From NCBI GenBank assembly GCA_030704615.1, contig CM060734.1:13826001-13890000 (forward strand): 64,000 nucleotides of DNA. The letters run 5' to 3'. This document shows, one piece after another, positions 1 through 10,945 of this stretch. Origin of the DNA: Takakia lepidozioides (lineage: Eukaryota; Plantae; Bryophyta). Made by a program: the position numbers and the translations under genes. The notes below the pieces were generated by a model, which was not told the DNA's origin, did not search any database, and was given only the letters and a program-made list of their open reading frames with translations. How positions within the stretch are numbered: the stretch's first letter is position 1; each line of letters opens with the position of its first letter.

Positions 1-122
1 ATGGCTTTGCTCTTTATAGCACCATAAAAAATACCCAATTCTGATATGCTGCTGGTAGATGTTTTGTCTGAATACCAGGTGGTAAACCCCTGCCAGACTT
101 CATTACCTAAGTCCCAATACCT

Positions 123-611
123 GCCCCCTTTGGTTTTGTACACATGTTTTACCCAAAACAAGGGGTGGGTAAACACTAAAAGTTTGATATAAGATTCTTT
201 CCTGATTGTTACTTTATGACCTTGGGAATTGAGGGTTCTTTCACTGGCCTCTTCTTCCGGTCACCAGAGCTTATATATAAACTAAAAGGTAAAACTCTAC
301 ATTTTGATGTATGTGTTGATGTACCTTCGTTTGTGTCACAACTTGCCAACTTGGAACATGCCAATGGCACAAAAATTCATTGCCTAAACCTACCCCCATT
401 GGTTTTGTACACATGTGGTACCCAAAAATATGGGCTAGGTAAACACTAAAGGGTTGATAAAAGTTTCTTTCCTGTTTGTTGCTTCATGAATTTCGGAGTT
501 AAGGTCCCTTCATTGGCCTCATCTTTCCATTATCAGAGCTTATGTGTAGCTAAAAGGTAAAACTCTACATTCTGATGTAAGTGTTGATGTACCTTTGTTT
601 GTCACGGCTTG
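123..611. repeat. Diverged ~270-bp tandem duplication (about 123-345 and 392-611)
   Basis: Shared blocks ggttttgtacacatg, ggtaaacactaaa, taaaaggtaaaactctacatt and gtgttgatgtacctt occur twice, ~270 bp apart. Confidence 0.7.
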
Positions 612-1272
612 TTTTGTTTGTTGACCTTGGAGAGTTGAGATTGTAGGCATGTTTATTTCTATGGTTCCTTTGTAACCAGAAGTAAAAGCTACAAAGAAGA
701 GGGAGGCCATTTATGTGATGGGGTCTGGTATGCACTCCCTTACGGGGTGAGTGCATACCACACTCACTCCATAAGGAGCTGCCATACCAGGGGATGGTTG
801 GTGGGTTCCATCTCTCTCCCTCCCTCCATGGATCTGGCTGGTTCTCTTAAAACTTGATAGTTTAAGACCGGTGGTATGTTACCTAACCCCTAATTAACCT
901 TCTTGGAATTTGGTTAATTTCGGTTATTTACATTACCCGGATTTTTGGTATAAGGTCGGGATCCTAATGGAGCCATCATATTATTTAATTTTTTCATCCA
1001 TAAATGGATGTCATCCTCAGAGGATGACACGGATGAAAAATCGATAGACAATTTACCTATTTTCCAAAATGGTAAGACATTGGTACATGTGAATAGAATG
1101 ATTCAGGCATTGTATTCAAGTTGCTTTAGGATAAATAATACCAAAGTAACCTGGTGGGACGAGCAATTCAGATTCTTTGTGTTTCCTATGGATGATTGCA
1201 TGGCATGTAAATCTGATTACAGCCTGTTGGAAGTGCCAAGGAATGATGGAGTTTTTGTGTAACTGATTGCAG

Positions 1273-1657
1273 TTTAGTGGATGATGACCAAGCTAAGTCT
1301 TCTATTGTGGATGCAGTGGGATCCTCACACCCTTCAGGTCTTTTTCTGTCCCTCTCTCTGCCCCCTACTCTCTCCAGTTAATGTATTCTGAGGTTGTGGG
1401 TTTTGATTCTTACATCAAGCATGTATGGAAGAAGTGTTTTGGAATAGAGGCTGTGATTATTTCTTCTGTACTAATTTGTCGAAAAGAAGATTATGTTTGA
1501 CTTGGGTGGCACAGTTCTCCTGCCAGAGGGCCTGCTGCGGGAATTGCCGGATGCAGATGTGACGGATGTCTCCCTGTCGGGAGATGGCTCATTTGTTCAG
1601 CCTGGAGGAGATTTGGAAGAGTTGCAAAAGCAACTTGAAGCTTTGAATGCGTTTTGA
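1273..1657 (+). CDS. Probable last two exons of an unidentified gene (…LVDDDQAKSSIVDAVGSSHPS / LLPEGLLRELPDADVTDVSLSGDGSFVQPGGDLEELQKQLEALNAF*)
   Basis: Short AG/GT-bounded open segments at about 1273-1338 and 1514-1657, ending in TGA with an amphipathic helical C-terminus; product not recognised. Confidence 0.3.
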
Positions 1658-1663
1658 CCAACA

Positions 1664-3691
1664 TTATTGTTGTCTGGTTTCAATGAGTTTAAGGGTGACT
1701 TGTGTAATGTTTTTCTTCTTAGCCTTCATTACGTTGGGCAGTGTCGCATAGCGTGGCTGATTCAGTCGTAGATCCGTTCTACACCAATCCCCTAACCCTA
1801 ATAAGTACAATCATCCTCCGAACAACCATATTAAGTCAACGCAAGAGCTTCAGGTTTGTCACTCTCTTGTTCAGGTCTGACAGGGCAGCACACACATACA
1901 TAATAGCAGCTGGCAGCTGCAGCTTCACCATCTCCAGGCCACTATCCACTTCCCATTTGACCGTCACTGTGCCTGCCTCTTTATCAACTGGAACCTGCAC
2001 CACCTTCCCTTCCATCTCATCACTTCTGACAGACTGGTAGTTGTTTTCCTGTAATACCATATGTTGTGAAAACGCCAACAGTAACACAGACCTTCTTTCA
2101 TCTATTACTAACAAACACTGATCACTCACATACCTTAGATGCAAAGGTGCCTTGTGGCCACTTAAAGAGGCCAGCCACCATCTGGCCAGTTTGATTAGCA
2201 TCATCATCAATAGCCTGTCATGCCATTGAATTGCAAGGGATTACTTTCTCCACTTATACCCCACCTCTTCCCCCATTTGTCCTTTCTTTTGCCAAAAGAA
2301 ATGTACTACAATTCTTTTTGAATGCCTGCAAAACACACATTTGGGCCTGCACTGTGGCAATTATTGTTTACATTCTTTCCGACTGAGCCACCACAAACCA
2401 GCAGACTGTCCTGAAAAACTAGCAGGAAATGGATACGAGATTCAGTAAGTTAAGCAGACCTCCCAGATTGTGTGGGAGTTCAATTGACAAAGGGAAGTTG
2501 GTGGGGGGGGGGAGGGGGTAAGCACATATAATGAAGTAAGGAATCCTTACAACCTGCTTGCCGAGAAGAATTAGTTGAGGATTCTCAGTGGTGGCAAGGG
2601 CTGTCAGCATTTTGACCACGACCAATGGGTAGAGCGACTCAGCAGTGGATATATGGATGGCACGATCGGCACCCATGGCCAGGCCAGTTCGCAGCGCATC
2701 ACTACATTGCGGACCTCCTATGCTCACCACCACCACTTCATTTGCGTGCCCTGCTTCTCGCAGCCGCAGAGCTTCCTCCAGTGTAATCTCACAGAAAGGG
2801 TTCATTGCCATCTTCACATTCGTGGTCTCCACCCCACTTTGCGCCCACCCCCTCCGTTCCTTCCCATTATTCTCTTCTCAACCAGCATGCAGTGAACATC
2901 ATGAACGCAATTGACCCTGTTATTGTGTGTGCTGCAGTGCAGTCTCCTGAAGCCATTACTTTACTGACTACATGCCAACAACATTACTGCGGGGCTAGCA
3001 GCATCAAGCGGCCGAGTGTTTTGGTAACAGTGAGACGAGCTCCAATATCAATAAAATCTGAATAAGACCATGGTATGTGCCCTTTATCTTACGGGAGGGA
3101 TGGGACTCGCTCTATATGCCGCACAACTGACCTGCTATAAAACTCCCATTGTTTCCAATAAGAAGCATGCATCGCCTGCCATCTCAACTAACCTGGGTGT
3201 GATTAATGTCTTAGAGATTGCTAGTCTCTTTGTGCATGGATGCCAGGCAATGCCCACCAACTAGCGTCCTTACAGTGGCTGCCTCACAGTAAAGGAAACA
3301 ACGACAAGACTATACGGAAATATCCTATGTTGCTGACTTCATTTTGCCCACATTGACCCCGGAACGAAAATGGAGTTCCTGTGAAAAGGAAAATGTACAA
3401 ATGCAGAGAAGCACAAGTGCTGCTGACCATTGCTGAAGATCTGGTGTGACAATTCTGCGTTATCTGGCTTTCAGTCACTTCAATTGTGTCTTTCAATGGA
3501 CGACTGTGCAAAATCAAGCAATTACTCTTAGAAAAGGTCTCAAATTCCATCGCATTGTCTTCTCAGCACCACCGAAAGCATTCGGACAGATACAAGTGCT
3601 TCAAAAGGCAAAGAGATCGCACTTTATCAGATTTCACACGGATCTTGACGGCATAATCAATAACACGCTTCACAGCAACCATGATCTTCAT
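1664..3691 (-). pseudogene. ETFB: Electron transfer flavoprotein beta subunit, degraded copy
   Basis: Exons: 3691-3623 (MKIMVAVKRVIDYAVKIRVKSDK), 2838-2554 (SGVETTNVKMAMNPFCEI…LILLGKQ), 2214-2134 ([16 protein letters not shown]…TFASK), ~1994-1900 (VDKEAGTVTVKWEVDSGLE…LPAAI), ~1778-1664 ([22 protein letters not shown]…*). The exon-2 acceptor reads CAA instead of CAG and the C-terminus is truncated. Confidence 0.85.
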
Positions 3692-6600
3692 GCTGCCAAC
3701 GCTGGTGCTATCCTGCGTGACCCACACAGAAGCCGATAATGAAACGCGACTGCAAACTGACCCACTCGCAATGAATCTTCCGGGGAGCCCTCAACCGCAT
3801 GGACAACGCTCGCTGTAGCGCCATGCACTCTGCCCCCGAGAGACTGCATTTGCTTTGCTGGAAGTCTTCAACCTTAGCTTGCTTTGCCTTTTCTTCAAAG
3901 GCTTGGCCTATAGGCAAGTTTTTGATTGGATCATTCGTTAGAGATCACTGAAAGCCGTTAATCGGATGAAAGTTCTATGGACGGGTCCCTCGCTGTTTGG
4001 GGGACCACGTCTTCAGAGGGATGGCCCGTTGGATAAGCCCTGAGAAACAAGGGGGCAGTTCAGAATTAGAGGTCTTGTAAGGCAAACCCCCCATGGTATC
4101 AATAAACTTTTTGAAGAGAACCTTCCCAGCTTGATTGACAATGATGGGACCGATCAGTTTTCCAAACAACGCGCCCAATTTTTCCCCAAAACCAAAATGG
4201 TGGCAAGGTGTAGGGAAGTTGAATGTCTGGATGCCCCGCCTCTGGATTCATAGAAAGGAACTCTGTCCAAGGAACTCTTGCCCACCTACCGTTTCACCTG
4301 TTTGTAATATCCCGGGAAATGACTATGTTTACATCCATTTCTGGAGGGCAGCACACATGCATGGCCCGCATGCATAGTATGTTACCACATGTATGTGATG
4401 ACAATGTATATAGAGATGGTCCATACTATGACAATGGTCCATCTCTTTTTATGGCATCATCTGCATGAGAGATGATATGATGGTATTGATCTACCATACA
4501 CTATTTGATGAATATCTCTTTCTTGAACTCGTTATTTATCAATTTGAAGTTCTTCTTTTCACCATATATAGCCATCTATCAATTATTTAATATAAAACAT
4601 ATTATTGATTTGTGAAGAAAACACTGTTCATGCAATTGAAATTGGCAGATGCCACACATGTGTATTAACAAAATTGGTGCATATACAAAATTGGCGGACT
4701 CCTATCAGTGTGTTCCAGAAATTCAAGGTACAACAAAAATCCACATTGTCTATGGACTACGTTGTCAGTCATTAAAAGCCTAGTCGTCACTGTCCGAGGA
4801 CAAGGGATGTGATGTTGTGGCCTGATTTGCACTGCCAATACGGAGAGCCTACGACCGTGATCTCGTGGTCAATGAGGGGCCCAATGACATGTTTCACTCA
4901 TGTGATGGAGAAGAAGTGGTTCACCCTGTAAGCAAATTTACAATGGTGTCATATTTGGTCATGACGTATATGTGGGTATCTGCAATGAACTCCGGAAGTT
5001 TCAGAACAATGAAAAATGATGTTAACCAATAAGTTATAACGAATTACGAACGGTCGTCTTCCAAACAAATTTCACCTACCGTACTTACCTAACTTATTAG
5101 ACACTTCTGCGACTAATAATTAATAAAAATGGAATATTATTAGGCAGATTAGTTTTTATTATTTAGGCGCCTCACCTAGGTAATTTCCAAACATTAGGCA
5201 CGTATTACAGTCGCCATATTTTGAGGTAATTTTGTTTTATGTATACCTACAAAGTTCTCGAAGCACAAAATAATTGCGATTGATCTTATATTACTCTGGG
5301 ACCTGTCAGATGGTACATTGAATATGTTGGCCAAGTTGTCAAGTTATTTTACCACTAGTATGAAACTAGCTAAGAAATAGCTAGTTTTTACATATTGACA
5401 TTTGGGATTGGCCCAAGTGTCAATCCAGGGGTCAAGGCAGATTTAGGCCCTGGAGTGGTTATCTTCACGGCAAGCGCGGGAGGCTCATCTTTCTCGAGTT
5501 GAGCCTCACCGCGCCTAGCTATGGCGCCATAGTATGGATTCCCCATGGCGTGGGGTGCACTTGGCTTGACTTGTATTTGAGTGATGAGGTTATATATGCA
5601 TGAGTTTATGCTTCAGATTTGTGAGCTCGTGCTTGTATTCTTCTTTTTTATCACTCGAGAAAGATGAGCTCGTATCTGTGAGTGCCAGATACGAGTTAAT
5701 TGTAGCACTTGTGGTTTTTGCTTGAGAATGAGAGAAACCAAGTTGTTATGCAAGGAACACCGTGGAGCTCTTGGTTGTTAGAAGCGGAGGCGATGTGGGT
5801 TACGAGGTGGTAGACCTTGGCATTCGATCTTCAGCTTCAGAGATGAAAGCACCATGCTGCAGGTAATTCCAGAGCACCTTGATGGTTTCAGATTGTGTAC
5901 ATGCATGAGCAAGCACGATTGGGAAGAGGACCAGTCAAGAGCAGGTTATAGTGGCTTTGGTGGCAAAGCTGAGAACTGGACTTGGGAATGCGAGCTTTCA
6001 TTGTGTGAAGGGTTGCAAGACCAAGCGAAAGGGCTGATTTGGCTTGGGGCAAATCAGTGCACTTTGTGGAGTAGGGTGAGATTGGGTTTCAATCTCGAGC
6101 TTCAGCATTGAGAGGGCTCTTGTCATGGCAAGAGCAGGGCTGGAACAGGAGCTAAGAGGTGCGGCAAGGCCATGGAATGTGCACCTAGGGATTCAGAGCT
6201 TGGAAGAAGAGCTCTTGCACCACAAGAGAAGTGTCTTGTGGCTGGAAATGTAAGCCTTAGGGTTTCAGGAGCTTGGCAAAGGCTGTGGAGTGCTTAGTCT
6301 TGTCTTAGAGAGCATCAAGGAGCCAAGGAGCCAAGATAGGGGGCTGATATCTTGTGTGTGAAGAGGTTGCATGTGTAGAGCATGTATTCAGCTCATTGAA
6401 GCTTCTATCTTCAAGCTTGGAGGGCAAGCAAGGAAGAGGGAAGGGCTGACTTCCCTTATATGAGGGCAATGCATGTGTGGAGCATGCTATCAGCCTGGTG
6501 AAGGCTTGCACTTTCAGGTGTGGGAGTGCAAGAAAGGAAGGAAGGGGCTGGTTTCCCTGTAGGGCATGTGGAGCATGCTTTCAGCCTGCTGAAGCTTGTA

Positions 6601-7189
6601 TTTTCAGGTTTGTGGGTGCAAGAAATGAAGCAAAGGAGCTGATTCTCTTATGGTGAGAGTGGGGCATGTGTGGAGCATGCCTTCAGCCCATTGAGGCTCT
6701 TGTTTTCAAGCTTTAGAGAGCTAGAACGGAAGGTCTAGGGCTGGTTTCCACTTGGAGTGAAAGAAAAGCACTTGTAGGGCCTATGTGAGTTGGGGTTTCA
6801 ACTTCAAGCTTGAAGGGAGCGCAACTCTTGAAGCAGCAGGTGTAGGGGGCTGGAATAGGCTCTAAGACAGATGCTATGGCCAAGGAGAGTGCTTGAATGA
6901 GTGCTCACAAGGGCTAGGAACCAGCAGGGCTTGGTTGTTTGCCATTGAGTTTAGTGGCGTGTTTGGGGAGGCTAAGTGAGAAAGAAGGCTTGGTTTGTGG
7001 CAACCACCTCATGGCTTAGGGCTACTATGGTGGTGTGTGGGAGCCGAAAGAGCAAGAATACCTTGCTGATTTCCTCACAACCGCCATAGCTCGGTGGAAA
7101 GAAGCCTAGAGTCCAAGAGACACAAACCCTAGCTTGGCGTGGCTAAACCCCTTGGAGAAATGGCTAAACTGCCAGAGCGGCCATGGATG

Positions 7190-8640
7190 GGGCTGTGCCG
7201 GGCTGCGCCGGTGGCCGTCAGGGCTGTGACGGGCTGTGCCGGTGGCCTTTTGGGGCTGTGACGGGCTGTGACAGGCTGTGCCCGTGGCCTTTGGGGCTGT
7301 GAGGGCTGTGAGGGGCTGTGACAGGCCGTGCCTGAGGCCTTTGGGGCTGTGACGGGCTGTGCCCATGGCCTTTGGGGCTGTGATGGGCTGTGACGGGCTG
7401 TGACAGGCCGTGCCTGAGGCCTTTGGGGCTGTGACGGGCTGTGAGGGGCTGTGACAGGCCGTGCCTAGGGCCTTTGGGGCTGTGAGGGGCTGTGGCGAGC
7501 TGTGACGGGCTGTGAGGGGCTGTGACAGGCCGTGCCTGGGGCCTTTGGGGCTGTGAGGGGCTGTGACAGGCTGTGCCCAGTGGCCTGTCGGGCTGTGACG
7601 GGCTGTGCAGGGCTGTGACAGGCTGTGCCCAGTGGCCTGCGGGGCTGTGACAGGCTGTGCCCAGTGGCCTGTGGGGCTGTGACGGGCTATGAGGGGCTGT
7701 GACAGGCTCTGCCCGTGGCCTTTGGGGCTGTGAGGGGCTGTGACAGGCCGTGCCTGAGGCCTTTGGGGCTGTGACGCGCTGTGAGGGGCTGTGACAGGCT
7801 GTGCCCGTAGCCTTTGGGGCTGTGAGGGGCTGTGACAGGCCGTGCCTGAGGCCTTTGGGGCTGTGAGGGGCTGTGGCGAGCTGTGACGGGCTGTGCCCAG
7901 TGGCCTGTGGGGCTGTGACAGGCTGTGCCCAGTGGCCTGTGGGGCTGTGACGGGCTGTGAGGGGCTGTGACAGGCTGTGCCCTGTGGCCTATGGGGCTGT
8001 GGCGAGCTGTGACAGGTTGTGATGGGCTGTGGCGGGCTGTGACAGGCTGTGGCGGGCTGTGCCCAGTGGCCTGTGGGGCTGTGACGGGCTGTGAGGGGCT
8101 TGACAGGCTGTGCCCTGTGGCCTGTGGGGCTGTGACGGGCTCTGAGGGGCTGTGACAGGCTGTGCCCTGTGGCCTGTGGGGCTGTGACGGGCTATAAGGG
8201 GCTGTGACAGGCTGTGCCCTGTGGCCTGTGGGGCTGTGACGGGCTGTGACAGGCTGTGGCGAACTGTGAGGGGCTGTGAGGGGCTGTGACAGGCTGTGCC
8301 CTGTGGCCTGTGGGGTTGTGACGGGCTGTGACAGGCTGTGCCCAGTGGCCTGTGGGGCTGTGAGGGGCTGTGAGGGGCTGTGGCCTTTGGGGCTGTGACC
8401 CCTGTGACCTGTGTCGGGCTGTGATAGGCTGTGCCCTGTGGCCTATGGGGCTGTGAGGGGCTGTGATAGGCTGTGGCCTTTGGGGCTGTGACCCTGTGAC
8501 CTTTGTAGGGCTGTGACAGGCTGTGCCTGTGGCCTTTGGGGTTGTGATGGGCTGTGACAGGCTGCGGCCTGTGGGGCTGTGACCCTGTGACCTGTGTAGG
8601 GCTGTGACAGGCTGTGGCCTGTGAGCTGTGTGGGCCTGTG
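7190..8640 (+). repeat. G-rich minisatellite (10-bp core GGGCTGTGAC / GGGGCTGTGA with GGCCTTTG/GGCCTGTG linkers) in the element's 5' leader
   Basis: Directly visible tandem array; a shorter homologous array lies at ~48100-48790 on the - strand in copy 2. Confidence 0.95.
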
Positions 8641-8782
8641 CTGGTCTGTGGTGGCCCGTGTTGACCTGTGGACGGCCTGTGCTGACTCGTGGAGGCACTG
8701 GTGGATTGCCTAAGGACTTACATGTGGTCTTGAAGGCCGAATTTTGAAGCTCGTGGAGGGCGGTTTGAGGAGTATCTTCCCT

Positions 8783-9738
8783 CTTGTGTGGCAGTGCCCG
8801 GATAAAGGCATATGCCTTCTGGACTTGTTTGGCGGGATCAGCACTGGATTGGATGCAGTGCTGCAGGCAGGTGTACGAGTTCGACGTTACCTGTATATGG
8901 AGAGGGATGAGACTGCACGACGCGTCTCAGTGCGCCATGTTGCTCAGTTGGTACAGCAGCTCCCTGATTTGTTGCTGGTATCTGCAGTTCGTGGATACCA
9001 ACAAGCCTTGTCAGCAAACATCTCTTTGCTGGGGGTGCATGATTTGGAGCGGGTTGGCCCTATTCACTTAGTAGTGGCAGGTTGGCCCTGCCAAGGGCAT
9101 TCATCAGCTGGGCATGGCAATGGGTTACAAGACTCAAGGTCACGCCTATTTTGGGAGATGTTGAGGGTCCCGCGTTATTTACAACTTCAGCAGACATACT
9201 CTCCGGCATATATCTTGGAGAATGTGCCATTGATGGGTGATTCTCGGGCCAAGGTGATGGCTAGTGTGCATCAAGTGCGGTCTTGGCTTGGGTGTTGCTG
9301 GATGCAGCTGCAGTGGGGTCACGGGCTCATCGCCCACGACTATGGTGGACCAACTTGATGCCACCTGCACTGCTCAAGCGTGCATTTGATGGGGTGCAGC
9401 GGCCACCAAACCTGACGGTGGATAGCATTTTGGACATAGGGAGGCAGTCTCAGCGTGTGAGACACGATGACCGATCACCTTTGGCAGTGGTCAATAAGGT
9501 GGGTCACCCACGAGCAGCATTGCCTACACTGCTCAGCTTTCCAGGATCTCATGTTTTCCGGGATGGTAGACCTGGCCTCTTGTGGGATAGCCAGTTGCAG
9601 CAGTTAGTGGAACCCAATGCTGACGAGCGCGAGCGGACGATGGGTTTTACCACTGGTACCACGGCGGTGCCATCTCTTTCTGAGGTATCACGTCGTCAGG
9701 TGTTGGGGCAAGCAATGGATCTCAATTGCTTGACCTAG
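8783..9738 (+). pseudogene. C5 DNA cytosine methyltransferase domain (DNMT3-like, non-permuted) within pol, copy 1
   Basis: Motif I LLDLFGGISTG, II YMERDE, IV VVAGWPCQGHS, VI YILENV, VIII AHRPRLWWTNL, IX ERERTMGF, X RRQVLGQAMD. Frameshift at ~9290 and TGG>TAG at 9736. Confidence 0.9.
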
Positions 9739-9747
9739 ATTATCAGC

Positions 9748-10847
9748 TTGGCTATGGCTGAGCAGCGCAGAGTGCGGAGTACACTTCCCTTGATAGTCTT
9801 TCTGCCTACCGAGACGGTACAGGCAGTGAGTGGGGGCGAACAGGTGAGGACCACGAGGTGCAGGCTGCATCCATGGCACACGTGGGAGGTACTCGAGGTT
9901 CAGAGGGAGTTGGTAGCCAAGGCGGCGGTGATGGATGAGGTTGGGGATTTTTCTCGGGTTGAGGAGGTCCTCAAAGATGAGATGGTAGGGCAGGATGAGA
10001 CATTGTCACTGACAGAGCAGGCAGTGGTCACTGCTCAAGAGGTTGCAGTCACGGAGGACAATTGGGAGCCTGATGTTGGACCCATAATCACCGGAGGAGA
10101 GAGACGACGTATACGGCGGTTCTTGAGGGCTTACAGGAACTGCTTTGCCTTCAGTTTGAAGGACTTGGGAGCACTGAAGGGTCAAGAGATTCGCATTGAA
10201 TTGGCCACTGACACGCCAATCTTTCGGAGACCCTATAGATACAGTGACATGGAGAGGTCCTTGATTCAGATGAGGACTCAGGACCTCTGGGAGGCTGGTT
10301 TGGTGGAGCTATCTGGTGGAGAATATGCTTCAGCCACAGTGATGCCAGCCAAGAAGGATGTCTATGGCAATTGGACGGAGAGACATATGTGCGGTGATTA
10401 CCGGCCTGTAAATCGTCAGACCAAATCCGATAGGTATGCCATGCCAACACCAGAGGAGATCTTTGATGCCATTGGGCATGCCAAGGTCTTTAGCACTTTG
10501 GATTTACGATCCGGATATCACCAGTTGCCGATCAAAGAGGCGGATAAGCAGAAGACGACATTTTGGGGGATCAATGAGTATGGGAAGGATTGCCTATACC
10601 AGTGGTGGTTCTTACCATTTGGGCTTAAGAACGCTCCTGCAAAGTTTCAGAGAGTCATGGACAGGATTCTAGCAGGGGTGGAGTTTGCTCGGTGCTACAT
10701 AGATGACATCATCATCTTTAGTGCTACGGTGGAAGAGCATGAGAGACACCTTCAGGTGGTATTTGAGCGCTTGAGGGCGCACGGATTGAAGTTACATCCG
10801 GGAAAGTGCAAGTTTTTCCACAACCAGATTGAGTATCTGGGTCACAT
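9748..10847 (+). pseudogene. Ty3/Gypsy reverse transcriptase (truncated), copy 1
   Basis: MCGDYRPVN, FSTLDLRSGYHQ, LPFGLKNAPAKFQRVMD, YIDDIIIFS, GLKLHPGKC, EYLGH motifs. Confidence 0.9.
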
Positions 10848-10945
10848 ACTACGTCCTGCAGTTATCGCGTGATCGAGGTCTTGAATCAGGCACCGAAGAG
10901 TTGATTAGGGAGGCCTGTGAATTGAGTCGATTGGATCAAGGCAAG

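Larger units (their letters stand above)
5337..10847 (+). mobile_element. DNMT-encoding Ty3/Gypsy family, copy 1 (5' end intact, gag/protease deleted, 3'-truncated in RT)
   Basis: Starts TGTCAAGTTATTTT at 5337, matching the start of copy 2 (50517, -). 5337-8770 is collinear with 50517-47990, then jumps directly to the DNMT domain at ~8780. RT ends at …GGTCACAT 10847. Confidence 0.85.

Noticed and set aside
3700-5330. Short ORFs and AT-rich palindromic patches upstream of ETFB
   Set aside because: No recognisable protein motif or definable element boundaries.
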